The notes under the pieces: model-generated
Told to the model about the DNA's origin: nothing
Databases searched by the model: none
Seen by the model: only the letters and a program-made list of their open reading frames with translations
NCBI GenBank assembly: GCA_902623975.1
Contig: CACNVR010000001.1
Span: 51,965-115,964, forward strand
Source of the DNA: an uncultured Pelagibacteraceae bacterium
Lineage (GTDB): Bacteria > Pseudomonadota > Alphaproteobacteria > Pelagibacterales > Pelagibacteraceae
Reading direction: 5' to 3'
DNA: 64,000 bases
Part shown: positions 53,458-63,160 of the stretch, piece after piece
Numbering within the stretch: the first letter of the stretch is position 1
How the letters are laid out: each line of letters starts with the position of its first letter
Translations under genes and position numbers: made by a program

Positions 53458-54075
53458 TTACTTTTTAATTATCTTTCTAAACATATTTTTAAAACTTTTT
53501 TCCCTTGAAATAATCTTTTTTGGTTGGTTTATTTGATTTTGTTTTTTGACTATCCTGCACATGCCTGATGATATAAAAGTAAAATATATATCAAAATTAT
53601 CAAAATTATTGTTGTAAATTTTCATCAATCTTTCAAAAGTTTCTTTATTATTGATTTCACAATAGAAATTATCTCTATAATTTGATTTTAAATATGGAAG
53701 CCAACTAATGTCATCGATATAAAATTGTCCACCAATTTTCAAAAACTTATAATAATGATAAAAAATTTTTTGAACATGATCTGCTTCATGGATGGAATCT
53801 AGATAAATTATATCAAATTTTTTTGGCAATTTTTCTTGAAGAAATTCAAAGTTATCATCTCTGGTTTTCAAAAAAGTCCAATTTTGATCCTTAAATAAAT
53901 TTGAATAATCATCAACATCGATAGAAAAAAGGTGGCCCCCTTTTTTTTTACAAAGATCTAAAAAAATTTTTGTTGATCTTCCTTCTCTTACACCAAATTC
54001 TAATATATTTGGTTGAGATATTTGTTGAATTTGATCCTCTAAAAAAACTTTTATTTTATAGTCATAATTTGACAT
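53458..54075 (-). CDS. Class I SAM-dependent methyltransferase (Methyltransf_24-like)
   Basis: ILEFGVREGRST, FSID, FDIIYLDSIH, LKIGG..YIDD. Confidence 0.85.
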   Translation of the reverse strand: MSNYDYKIKVFLEDQIQQISQPNILEFGVREGRSTKIFLDLCKKKGGHLFSIDVDDYSNLFKDQNWTFLKTRDDNFEFLQEKLPKKFDIIYLDSIHEADHVQKIFYHYYKFLKIGGQFYIDDISWLPYLKSNYRDNFYCEINNKETFERLMKIYNNNFDNFDIYFTFISSGMCRIVKKQNQINQPKKIISREKSFKNMFRKIIKK

Positions 54076-54078
54076 AAT

Positions 54079-54981
54079 TTAAAATTTCGTTTTTGATGTG
54101 AACATCGCCAAAGGAGTTTTGTTCAAAACATTATTCACCAAAAAATTATCTGATGAATGGATTCTTGAGCGATCCCAATGGATTAAAGAACCTATTTTCC
54201 ATTCTACAGCTTTATCTATTTCAAGACTTTTGCAATCCTCAAAAGGTTGATGGGACATATACTTTTCATAGTCATTTAAATCGAATTGTTTATCATTGAT
54301 CATATGTTTGTTGGTTCTAATATTGTATCTTTTACTTTTTGTGAGATTTTCAATATATTTCTTAAATTTTTCATCTACAAAAAAATTGTTATTTTTATAA
54401 CTGACATCCTGATTATTAAGATTATAAATTTTTTGATAAAAATCATTTATGTCGAGAATATCTACGAATTTACCACTTTTATCTTTTATGATAAAATCAT
54501 AATCATTTCCGATATTTTGGGTGAATAAGGCAGATTGATCATACCATTTATTCTTAAATATAATCGTGTGTGGAGGTTTTTTTTCTCTAGCATCTTCTGA
54601 ATAAACTATTTCTAATGGAATAATAATATTTTTAAAAATAATATCTTTAGGATTTTTACCAGTATCAGCATGAAGTCTTAGAGGATATCTGGATGTAATA
54701 ACATGAGGCTGAAAATCATTTACAAAAAATTGACCAACTTGTTCCTCAATTTTTTTTCTCAAATTTAATAATTTTTTTGATTGTTCAAAATTAAAAAAAA
54801 TCTTTGTACTTTCCTCTCTTTCAACAGATTGACTTTTACCAACTGATTTATTTTTTAAATTTCTAAAATAATTTAAAAGTTCAGCACATTCATCTTGACT
54901 AACAAAATTCTCAATTACATTAACACCTGTTTCATACTGTTTTATTTGTTTTAGTATATCTGGATCAAAAAAACTACTCAT
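54079..54981 (-). CDS. Putative 2OG-Fe(II) oxygenase-fold protein
   Basis: VIENFVSQDEC..L start, HxD (LHADT), IIIPL, distal His in WKIGSLIHWDRSRIHSS, followed by Lys in NKTPL. Confidence 0.6.
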   Translation of the reverse strand: MSSFFDPDILKQIKQYETGVNVIENFVSQDECAELLNYFRNLKNKSVGKSQSVEREESTKIFFNFEQSKKLLNLRKKIEEQVGQFFVNDFQPHVITSRYPLRLHADTGKNPKDIIFKNIIIPLEIVYSEDAREKKPPHTIIFKNKWYDQSALFTQNIGNDYDFIIKDKSGKFVDILDINDFYQKIYNLNNQDVSYKNNNFFVDEKFKKYIENLTKSKRYNIRTNKHMINDKQFDLNDYEKYMSHQPFEDCKSLEIDKAVEWKIGSLIHWDRSRIHSSDNFLVNNVLNKTPLAMFTSKTKF

Positions 54982-55008
54982 GAAAATATTCTTCTATAAA
55001 TTTTAAAA

Positions 55009-56214
55009 TCAATCCCATAGTTCTCTTATCTTTTTATATTCAGCAAATACTTTTTGAAAATTGTTAATAACCTTTTCTTCATCGCAATGTTCATGATAAA
55101 ATTTATAAGCATTTTTTAATTTAATTTCGTTTTGTTTTTTATCTTTTTCAATTCTTTGTAAATTTTCCAAAAAAGACTCTGTATTATCGATGTCTATTTC
55201 AGTAAGATGCTCCTTTACACTATTATCAGACAAGCCTTTTGTATAAAAGATATTTTTTTGAAAAAAAAATGCTTCATACATCGGTATCGTAGTATGGCCC
55301 ACATAAGATGGCATTATGACTCCATGGCAATTTAGATATAAAGATATGAGTTGAAAGTTATCTAAATAGTTAAAAATTTTTACATAATCATTTAAATTGT
55401 TTTCATTGATAAGTTTTTTAATATAATTTAAATTTCCATTATCGTAGCCACAAAATACAAAACAAATATCATCTTTATTATCTTTTTTTAAATTAGTACA
55501 GATATCAATTATATATTTGTGATTTTTGTGAGCCCAAAATTGAGCAGGATAAATAAATATTTTTTTTTCTTGTGGGAGAGCTAAATCATTAAATAATTTT
55601 TTGTAATCATAATTTAAATTTCCTTTATACAAATTAGGTAAGGTAAAAGTATAAGGTTGTATTATAATTTTATTTTCGTCAGCATTAAAAAACTTAATTA
55701 ATAAATTTTTATCTTTTTCTGCACCTACAAAAATTTTAAAAGATTTTTTAATTGAGTTATTTATAATGTCGTCTCTTATTTCATTATCATGACCTCTTCT
55801 ATATTCTGGAAAAAAACCATGAGTCCTATGTTGCATCGATAATAAGAAAATAACAAAATTTATCTTTGTGACCAATAATGATATTTCATATGGGGCGTTA
55901 AAAAATAATAAATCTATCTTTTTTAGCATTAAAAATTTTTCAAATTTATTTGTAAAAGATAATTTTTTATAAATTTCTTTAAAAAAAGGAAATCTTAAAA
56001 AAAATTGTTCAATCTTAAAAAATATATTTTTTTTAAAAAGTAATGCTTTTGAATTTTTATTCTCGATTATTCTTTTTTGATTTTCATTCGAGACAATATA
56101 AACTATCTCATATTTATTTGATAAAGACTCATTAAATAATTCTAATAATCTTATATTTTGATGATGAGCTCCACCTGTATTTTCTGAGGTTTCAAAGTAT
56201 ATTCCAATCTTCAT
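55009..56214 (-). CDS. Glycosyltransferase family 4 (GT-B)
   Basis: GGAH, QHR..GFFPEY, IYPAQFWAHKNH, IMPS...TTIPMYEA. Confidence 0.88.
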   Translation of the reverse strand: MKIGIYFETSENTGGAHHQNIRLLELFNESLSNKYEIVYIVSNENQKRIIENKNSKALLFKKNIFFKIEQFFLRFPFFKEIYKKLSFTNKFEKFLMLKKIDLLFFNAPYEISLLVTKINFVIFLLSMQHRTHGFFPEYRRGHDNEIRDDIINNSIKKSFKIFVGAEKDKNLLIKFFNADENKIIIQPYTFTLPNLYKGNLNYDYKKLFNDLALPQEKKIFIYPAQFWAHKNHKYIIDICTNLKKDNKDDICFVFCGYDNGNLNYIKKLINENNLNDYVKIFNYLDNFQLISLYLNCHGVIMPSYVGHTTIPMYEAFFFQKNIFYTKGLSDNSVKEHLTEIDIDNTESFLENLQRIEKDKKQNEIKLKNAYKFYHEHCDEEKVINNFQKVFAEYKKIRELWD

Positions 56215-56334
56215 AAAGTTTAATTTTATGTAATTTATTAATTTTGAATGATGGCGAAAATAAAGTTATTAAACATTTTAAATCTAATATATCTATATAT
56301 TTAAGGAGCAATTGGTAGTAATTAATTTCAAAAA

Positions 56335-57150
56335 ATGAAAAATTTGGCAAAAAAAAAATTTACAAAAAAAAAACCCTTTTTTTCGATAATTACTGTGGTT
56401 AAAAATGATGAGCAAAATATTATAAAAACCATCAAAAGTGTACATAATCAATCATTTAAAGATTTTGAACACATAGTGATTGACGGGAAATCAACTGATA
56501 ATACATTAAAAAAAATTTTACATAATAAAAAAATAGATTTTTTAATATCTGAAAAAGATGATGGAATTTACTTCGCAATGAATAAAGGTTTGAAAATTTG
56601 CAAAGGTAAGGTAATTCTTTTTGTAAACTCGGGTGATATAATTACAAAAAATGCACTAAAAATTGTTCATAAAAAATTTGTAAATTCTAATAATGATTTT
56701 GTATTTGGAACAGTAAGAAGACATTATGTTAATGATACAATTCTAAAATATGGTTTTAATGTTAAAAAGTTACATTACAATTTTGATTTTGCAACTTCTC
56801 ATTCAACTGGTTTTTTTTTAAAAAAGAAGTTTTACAGTCTATTGGGTAATTTCGATACCAAATATAAATGTTCAGCAGATTATGATATTTATTATAAATT
56901 GTTTATTAAAAAAAAACTAATTGGATCATCTACTGAAAAAAATCAAATAATTGGAATAGTATCTTCTGGGGGTTTCTCAAGTAAATTTGGTTTCTTAAAT
57001 GGCCTTTTTGAAGAGTGTAAAATTAGATTTAATAATGGACAAAACTTTTTTATAGTTTTAATCATTTTAATAAATAATTTAATAAAGAAATTTTTTAAAG
57101 TTTTTTTTAATATTTATAATGCTAAAGAAATTAATCAGAAAAATTATTGA
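56335..57150 (+). CDS. Glycosyltransferase family 2 (WfgS/WcaE-like)
   Basis: FSIITVVKN, IDGKSTDNT, SEKDDGIYFAMNKG, FVNSGD, SADYD. Confidence 0.92.
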   Translation: MKNLAKKKFTKKKPFFSIITVVKNDEQNIIKTIKSVHNQSFKDFEHIVIDGKSTDNTLKKILHNKKIDFLISEKDDGIYFAMNKGLKICKGKVILFVNSGDIITKNALKIVHKKFVNSNNDFVFGTVRRHYVNDTILKYGFNVKKLHYNFDFATSHSTGFFLKKKFYSLLGNFDTKYKCSADYDIYYKLFIKKKLIGSSTEKNQIIGIVSSGGFSSKFGFLNGLFEECKIRFNNGQNFFIVLIILINNLIKKFFKVFFNIYNAKEINQKNY

Positions 57151-58033
57151 TAGACTTTTTTTAAGAAAGTTTGATGATATCAAAATACAAAAAGGACAAT
57201 TGTTTGAAAGATTTTTAGAAACGAACTTGAAAAAAATAAATAATTTAAATGAAACCCATTTTAAAGTTTTTTCTCAAGACTATGAGGATGGTATAATTCA
57301 ATTTTTTTTGAAATCTCTAAACATCGAAAATGTTAAGTTTGTAGAAATTGGCACTCAAGATTATTCTGAATCAAACACCCGTTACATTTTTGAAACAAAG
57401 AAGTGTGAAGGATTATTAATTGACCCTACTCCTAACTTAGAACAGAAAATAAATTCATTTCTAAGGGTTTGGAAAAATAAAATAATTATTCATAATGATT
57501 ATATTGATGCTGAAAATATAATTGAATTATTATCTAAGTATTCTTTTGATAAAAATTTAGATCTGTTTTCACTTGATATAGATGGTATTGATTATTGGGT
57601 TCTTAAATCTTTACCACATAAAATATCAAAAATTTTTGTAGCAGAGTATAATCCTTTTTTTGGAGAAAAATATGAAATTACCACCCCTTACATAAAAAAA
57701 TTTGACAGATTTCAATATCATCATACAGGTTTTTGTTGGGGTGCATCTCTAAAAGCAATTATTCAATTAATGAAAAAAAAGGGTTACATTTTTATAGGCA
57801 CAAACAGACTAAACTGTAATGCTTTTTTTATAAACGAAGACTACATCAATAAGATTGAATTAGAAATCCCCGATATAAATTATTTAGATAAATATACTAA
57901 TGCAAAGTTTAATATTTTTAAAAAAGGATATAAAAAGACTCATTCTTTTTCTGAAATAAAAGATAATCTTAATGATTTATTGGTTTTCGATATAAATTCG
58001 GAAAAATTAATAAAATTTGATGATTTAAAATGA
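57119..58033 (+). CDS. FkbM-like putative methyltransferase
   Basis: VFSQDYEDGII, FVEIG, ESNT, DLFSLDIDGIDYWV, EYN, GASL, NAFF. Confidence 0.7.
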   Translation: MLKKLIRKIIDRLFLRKFDDIKIQKGQLFERFLETNLKKINNLNETHFKVFSQDYEDGIIQFFLKSLNIENVKFVEIGTQDYSESNTRYIFETKKCEGLLIDPTPNLEQKINSFLRVWKNKIIIHNDYIDAENIIELLSKYSFDKNLDLFSLDIDGIDYWVLKSLPHKISKIFVAEYNPFFGEKYEITTPYIKKFDRFQYHHTGFCWGASLKAIIQLMKKKGYIFIGTNRLNCNAFFINEDYINKIELEIPDINYLDKYTNAKFNIFKKGYKKTHSFSEIKDNLNDLLVFDINSEKLIKFDDLK

Positions 58034-58983
58034 CGAATATTGCACTAGTTGGGGCTAATTTTGCGTTAAAAGGTTATTTTCCAGCAATCAAAAAAATTAA
58101 AAAATTCAATCTTAAAATTCTATGTAGAAGAAACCAAAAAAAAAAATTTGAGAATAATTTTAAAATTGAGAACAATTGGAGAAAAGTATTTTTAGATAAA
58201 ATTGATTTGATCATTTTAGCAGTCCCGCCTAAGTTACAACTTAAAATTTTAAAACACAATTTATATTATAAAAAAGATATAATTATTGAGAAACCTATTT
58301 CAAACAATTACTCAAATTCAAAAAAGATTTTTGATCAGATTAAAAAAAAGAAAATTAAAATTGATATTAATTTAACCTATATAAATCATGATTTATTTAT
58401 TAAAGTAAAAGAAATTATTAAAAACAAATCTTTAGGAAAAGTAAAAAAATTTGATATTTTTTGGGATTTTGTTAGTCAAGACTTAAACAAAAAACTTATC
58501 ACTTGGAAAACAAAGGAAAAAGATGGAGGCGGAATCAAAAATATTTTTTTAACTCACGTATTCTCATATTGTCAATTTTTCTTTGGTAAGATGTATTTAA
58601 AAAAATCATTTATAAAAAAAATCAAAATTAAAAATTTAACTTTTAAAAACTATATAAAATGTGAAGTAAATAACAAAAAAGATGTTAATGGTTTAATTCA
58701 AATCAATACTAAAAAAAGAGGTAATCAAAAACATTGGATAAAAATAAATTTTGAACTTGGACATATTATTTTATATACAAAATCAAAAGATTGGACTAAA
58801 AACTTTACGCTAAAAATTTTTAAAAACAATAAATACACAATAGTAAAAGATAAAACAAACAAAGATTTTAAAGATGGAAGATCTATTCAAATTTATAAAA
58901 TGTTAAAAAATTTTCAAAAAAAAAAAAAATTTTCTAATTTGAATTATTGTTTAAATTCAGAAAAAGAAATCGCTAAAATATAA
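58030..58983 (+). CDS. Gfo/Idh/MocA family oxidoreductase
   Basis: IALVGA, DLIILAVPP, IIIEKP, W...DGGG.....THVF. Confidence 0.85.
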   Translation: MTNIALVGANFALKGYFPAIKKIKKFNLKILCRRNQKKKFENNFKIENNWRKVFLDKIDLIILAVPPKLQLKILKHNLYYKKDIIIEKPISNNYSNSKKIFDQIKKKKIKIDINLTYINHDLFIKVKEIIKNKSLGKVKKFDIFWDFVSQDLNKKLITWKTKEKDGGGIKNIFLTHVFSYCQFFFGKMYLKKSFIKKIKIKNLTFKNYIKCEVNNKKDVNGLIQINTKKRGNQKHWIKINFELGHIILYTKSKDWTKNFTLKIFKNNKYTIVKDKTNKDFKDGRSIQIYKMLKNFQKKKKFSNLNYCLNSEKEIAKI

Positions 58984-58990
58984 ATCTTTT

Positions 58991-60238
58991 ATGAATAAAC
59001 ATAACATTAAACCTGGAAAAATATCTCATTGTCAGATTTGTTTTTCAAAAAATTTAACACACGTTATTAGTTTAGGAAACCAACCTTTAGCAAATACCCT
59101 CATAGATAGTTATGAAAAAATTAACCAATATCAATCATACCCTATTAATGTAGTAAGATGTAACGAATGCACTTTACTTCAAATCGACTATATTGTTGAT
59201 CAAGAAAAAGTTTATCATCCTGATTATCCATATCTACCTGGAATCACACCCACTGTAAGTAATGAGCAAAAAGAACTTGCAAAATACTTAAATGAAAAGC
59301 TACAATTAAATAAAGAAGATCTTGTAGTTGATATTGGAAGTAATGATGGAAGTCTTTTAAAATCTTTTAAATTAATGAATTTAAATATTATTGGTGTAGA
59401 ACCAACCAATATAGCAAAACTAGCTAATAGCAATGGTGTAAAGACATTACAATCTTTTTTTAATCTTGATTCAGCAAAAAAAATTGCAAAGGAGTTCAAA
59501 AAAGCAAAACTAATTACTAGTACAAATGTTTTTGCTCATATGTCAACTTTAGGTGATGTTATGGATGGTATAGTTGAATTATTAGATGATAATGGTTATT
59601 TCTGTTTCGAAAACCATTACATAATGAATATTTTGGAAAATGTTCAATATGATACTTTTTACCATGAGCACTTAAGAACATATTCATTAATATCTTTAGA
59701 AAAGTTATTTGAACAATATAATTTATATCTTAATGACGCTCAAAAAGTTCCTAGGTATGGGGGAAGTATTAGATGTCTAGTATCAAAAAATAAGAAAAAA
59801 ACCAAAAGACTTATCGAATTAATTGATATAGAAAAAAAAAATATAGTTGAAAATTCTGAGCAAACCTATGAGATTTTCAAAAATAAAATTAAAGACTCCA
59901 AAAAAAAATTAATTCAAACGATTAACAATCTTAAAAAAGAGGGAAAATATATTGTTGCAAAATCTTGCCCAGCTAGAGCAGTGGTTTTATTGAATTATTG
60001 TGAATTAAATCAAAAAGATTTAGATTATATTGCTGAACAACCCACTTCGCTTAAATTAGATAAATTTGTTCCTGGTACAGATATAAAAATTGTCGAAGAT
60101 AGTATTCTTTTTAAACAACAACCAGACTATGTTTTATTGTTAGCATGGCATTTAAAAGATGCAATAGTTGAAAAATGGAAAAAAAAAGGTTTAAAATCAA
60201 AATTTATAATTCCTTTACCAAATGTTGAAATCATATGA
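58991..60238 (+). CDS. NDP-sugar C-methyltransferase (zinc-binding, class I SAM)
   Basis: CQIC...C..C zinc site, LGNQPLAN, VDIGSNDGSLL, NVFAHM, YDTFYHEH, GGSIR, PGTDI.I, PDYVLLLAWH. Confidence 0.9.
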   Translation: MNKHNIKPGKISHCQICFSKNLTHVISLGNQPLANTLIDSYEKINQYQSYPINVVRCNECTLLQIDYIVDQEKVYHPDYPYLPGITPTVSNEQKELAKYLNEKLQLNKEDLVVDIGSNDGSLLKSFKLMNLNIIGVEPTNIAKLANSNGVKTLQSFFNLDSAKKIAKEFKKAKLITSTNVFAHMSTLGDVMDGIVELLDDNGYFCFENHYIMNILENVQYDTFYHEHLRTYSLISLEKLFEQYNLYLNDAQKVPRYGGSIRCLVSKNKKKTKRLIELIDIEKKNIVENSEQTYEIFKNKIKDSKKKLIQTINNLKKEGKYIVAKSCPARAVVLLNYCELNQKDLDYIAEQPTSLKLDKFVPGTDIKIVEDSILFKQQPDYVLLLAWHLKDAIVEKWKKKGLKSKFIIPLPNVEII

Positions 60239-61269
60239 ATGAAAAATATTATTTAAATTCAGATATTTTAGAAATTTGTCAAAATTTAAAGAAATACAAT
60301 AAAAATTTTGAGGGAAAAAAATTTTTAATTTCTGGAGCAAACGGTTTTCTAGGAAAATATTTCATCAAATCATTAATACAAATGAATGTAAATCTAAAAA
60401 AAAAAATAAGAATTTTAGCTATAGATATTAAGTTTGATAAATGTGAAATATTTAAAGATAAAAATGTTAAGATTTTCAAGATAGATATAAATAAGATAAA
60501 AAATATCAATTTAAGATATGATTACGTTTTACATGCAGCTGGTATACCAAGCCCAAAACACTATTTTAAAAAACCGATTGAAGCTATTTTTACAAGTATA
60601 ACAGGTACAAAGAAATTACTTGATTATGCAAAAAAAAATAAATCAAAATTTATTTTTTTTAGTAGTAGTGAAATTTATGGAAACCCCGATCAAAAAAATA
60701 TACCAACGAAAGAGACTTATAACGGAAATGTATCAAGTATCGAAGATCGCTCTTGTTACGACGAGGGCAAAAGAGTTGGGGAAACTTTGTGTTACTTTTA
60801 TAAAATTAAACAAAATGTTAATACTATAATTTTTAGACCTTTTAATGTGTTTGGTCCTGGAATGCCAAAAAATGATTATAGGGTATTTCCAAGATTTTTT
60901 AATTTCATTAAGCAAAAAAAACCAATCACAATTTTTAAAAACGGAAAACAAACAAGAACTTTTTGTTATGTAACAGATGCAATAACTGCAATGTTACTTG
61001 TAATTATAAAGGGTGAAAAATTTGTTTATAATATTGGCTGTAACACTCCAGAAATAAATATGCAAAAACTTCACAAAGTAATTGAAAAAAGTTTATCTAG
61101 AAAAATAGCACACAAAAACATTAATTACCCAAAAGATTATCCTCAAGTTGAACCATTAAGAAGATGTCCAGATATTTCAAAATTAAGAAAAGAACTAAAA
61201 TTTGTTAATAAAGTTTCACTTAATGATTCTATTAAAAGATTTTTTATTTGGTCTGATAAGTACTACTAA
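60235..61269 (+). CDS. UDP-glucuronate decarboxylase-like extended SDR
   Basis: SGANGFLG, HAAGIPSP, SSSEIYG, Y.GNV, RSCYDEGKRVGET, RPFNVFGP, QTRTFCYVTD, RRCPDISK. Confidence 0.85.
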   Translation: MNEKYYLNSDILEICQNLKKYNKNFEGKKFLISGANGFLGKYFIKSLIQMNVNLKKKIRILAIDIKFDKCEIFKDKNVKIFKIDINKIKNINLRYDYVLHAAGIPSPKHYFKKPIEAIFTSITGTKKLLDYAKKNKSKFIFFSSSEIYGNPDQKNIPTKETYNGNVSSIEDRSCYDEGKRVGETLCYFYKIKQNVNTIIFRPFNVFGPGMPKNDYRVFPRFFNFIKQKKPITIFKNGKQTRTFCYVTDAITAMLLVIIKGEKFVYNIGCNTPEINMQKLHKVIEKSLSRKIAHKNINYPKDYPQVEPLRRCPDISKLRKELKFVNKVSLNDSIKRFFIWSDKYY

Positions 61270-62075
61270 TTTAGTAAATTTTTTAAATTTATAATAGACT
61301 TAGATAAATACTTAATATTAGTTTTTTTTTTTATTATTTCCAAACTTATTTCATTAACTTTATTTGAATTTTTTATCATTTTAGCTATTTTCAAATTATT
61401 TTTGCTTGGATTTAAAAAATAATCAAAATTTTTTTCAGTAAATTGAAAAGTTTTTATTTGATCCAAATTTTGCCTCAAATTTAAAAAATTTGAATTATTG
61501 TAATGAAATAAACTAGTGTCAAAATTAATTTTTATATATTTAGAATTTATTTTTTTTATAAGATAAAGCAAATGTTCTAGTTTAAATATATACTTTTCGT
61601 TGTATTGTTTCGGTATTGTTTCCATACAAAAATAAATTTTATTCTTTTTTAAAATTTTCTTAAATTTAGAAAAAAAATTGATAAAAATCTTATCAGCATA
61701 AACTTTAGATATTTTTTTTTTGTTTCTAAATTCAGTTGACCCAATTATAATTTTATTACAACCAAATACTTTTGCTACTCTTAGAACAAGTTTTAAATGG
61801 TTTTCGATCTTTTCAAAATTCTTGTTTACATTATCAAATAAATTTAAATTAGTTTTAAAAAAAACACCTTGAATAGCATTAACTTTAATTTTATTTTTTC
61901 TTAAAATCTTATTAAATTTTTTTACTTTTTTTTCTACATTTTTCCAATTTTTAAATATTTTTATAGGAGCTATATCGACCCCTGAAATTTTATGAGTCTT
62001 AATCAATTTGATTATTGAAGTGAAATCTTCATGTCTCCAGCTTAAATTAGAAATATAGATTGATTTTTTTTTCAT
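61266..62075 (-). CDS. Sugar phosphate isomerase/epimerase family (xylose isomerase-like TIM barrel)
   Basis: ISNLSW, GVDIAP, IIIGS..R, FCMETIP..Y, INFDTS, ISLEI. Confidence 0.75.
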   Translation of the reverse strand: MKKKSIYISNLSWRHEDFTSIIKLIKTHKISGVDIAPIKIFKNWKNVEKKVKKFNKILRKNKIKVNAIQGVFFKTNLNLFDNVNKNFEKIENHLKLVLRVAKVFGCNKIIIGSTEFRNKKKISKVYADKIFINFFSKFKKILKKNKIYFCMETIPKQYNEKYIFKLEHLLYLIKKINSKYIKINFDTSLFHYNNSNFLNLRQNLDQIKTFQFTEKNFDYFLNPSKNNLKIAKMIKNSNKVNEISLEIIKKKTNIKYLSKSIINLKNLLN

Positions 62076-62165
62076 TAAATTTAAACGTTAATTTAATATT
62101 TTTTATTTAAGGTTATTATAATTTATATCTTTTTAATGTATTTATAAATTTAAAAATCTATTTAT

Positions 62166-63068
62166 ATGAAAAAAATTCTAATTACCGGGGCACTTGGGCA
62201 AGATGGAATTATTCTTTCAAAAAAATTAAAAAATAAATTCAATATTTTGGGTTTGTCTAATAACTTGAACAAAAAAAAAATTGAAGGAGTTAATTATATA
62301 GTTAATAATTTATCATCCAAAAAAAAAATTTTGAGGATATTTGAAAAATTTAAACCAGATATTGTTTTCCACTTGGCTTCGAAAAATAACCCTTATACCA
62401 AAAGAAAAAAAGAAAGTTTTTTAATTAATTATAAGTTTAACTACGACTGTTCAAAAAATCTTATTGATGCAATTATAGAAAAAAAAATTAATTGTAAGTT
62501 TATTTTTGCTGGTTCGTCTTTAATGTTTGGAAATATGAAAAAAAAGGTAAATGAAAAAGATGTCTTTAAATCAGACGATTACTATGCAAAATATAAAATT
62601 GATGTATATAAATATCTTAATACTTTAAAAAAACACAATTTTTTTCAGTCTACAACCGCAATACTTTTTAATCATGACTCAATATATAGAGGTAAAAAAT
62701 TTTTAATTCCAAAATTGATCACGGCTTCATCCAAAAAAAACTACAAATATTTAAAAAAAATTTTTGAACATAATATAAGTGGTGATTTTTCTCACGCTGA
62801 TGACATATGTGATGGATTATATAAATTAGCTTTAAAAAAGAAGATGGTGAGTAAAATAATTTTATCAAGTAATAAAAGAAGTTTTATAAATGATATTATT
62901 ATCAAATTGAATAAAAAATTTAAATCTCAAAAATTCGATCGTTCTAAAAAAAATCAAAATAAAAAATTTTTAGGGTCTAATTCCTTAGCCAGGAAATTTA
63001 TTCAATATCAACCTAAAAAAGATATTTTTGATGCTGTAAATGAGTTTAATAAGAAATACAAAAATTAG
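62166..63068 (+). CDS. Gmd-like extended SDR, possibly a GDP-4-keto-6-deoxyhexose reductase
   Basis: ITGALGQDG, FHLAS, AGSSLMFG, YAKYK, ILFNHDS..R...FL..K, DFSHADD. Confidence 0.78.
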   Translation: MKKILITGALGQDGIILSKKLKNKFNILGLSNNLNKKKIEGVNYIVNNLSSKKKILRIFEKFKPDIVFHLASKNNPYTKRKKESFLINYKFNYDCSKNLIDAIIEKKINCKFIFAGSSLMFGNMKKKVNEKDVFKSDDYYAKYKIDVYKYLNTLKKHNFFQSTTAILFNHDSIYRGKKFLIPKLITASSKKNYKYLKKIFEHNISGDFSHADDICDGLYKLALKKKMVSKIILSSNKRSFINDIIIKLNKKFKSQKFDRSKKNQNKKFLGSNSLARKFIQYQPKKDIFDAVNEFNKKYKN

Positions 63069-63160
63069 TTAATAACTATAACTATACAAGATTTGACTTT
63101 TTATGAGTATATTATAGTGATTTTTCATGTTTGATGAAGTTTTGAAAATAATCTATTTTT

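Noticed and set aside
52429-58929. Long homopolymers in island genes (T12 at 52429-52440, A14 at 58916-58929) as phase-variation switches
   Set aside because: Equally long runs occur in core genes (A14 at 28512-28525 in the aldolase, T12 at 12764-12775 in folP). All are in-frame poly-Lys codons expected in an AT-rich genome. Read-level length variation would be needed.
63069-63160. TTGACT...TATAGT promoter-like motif before the last ORF
   Set aside because: The spacer is only 14 nt; not distinguishable from chance in AT-rich DNA.
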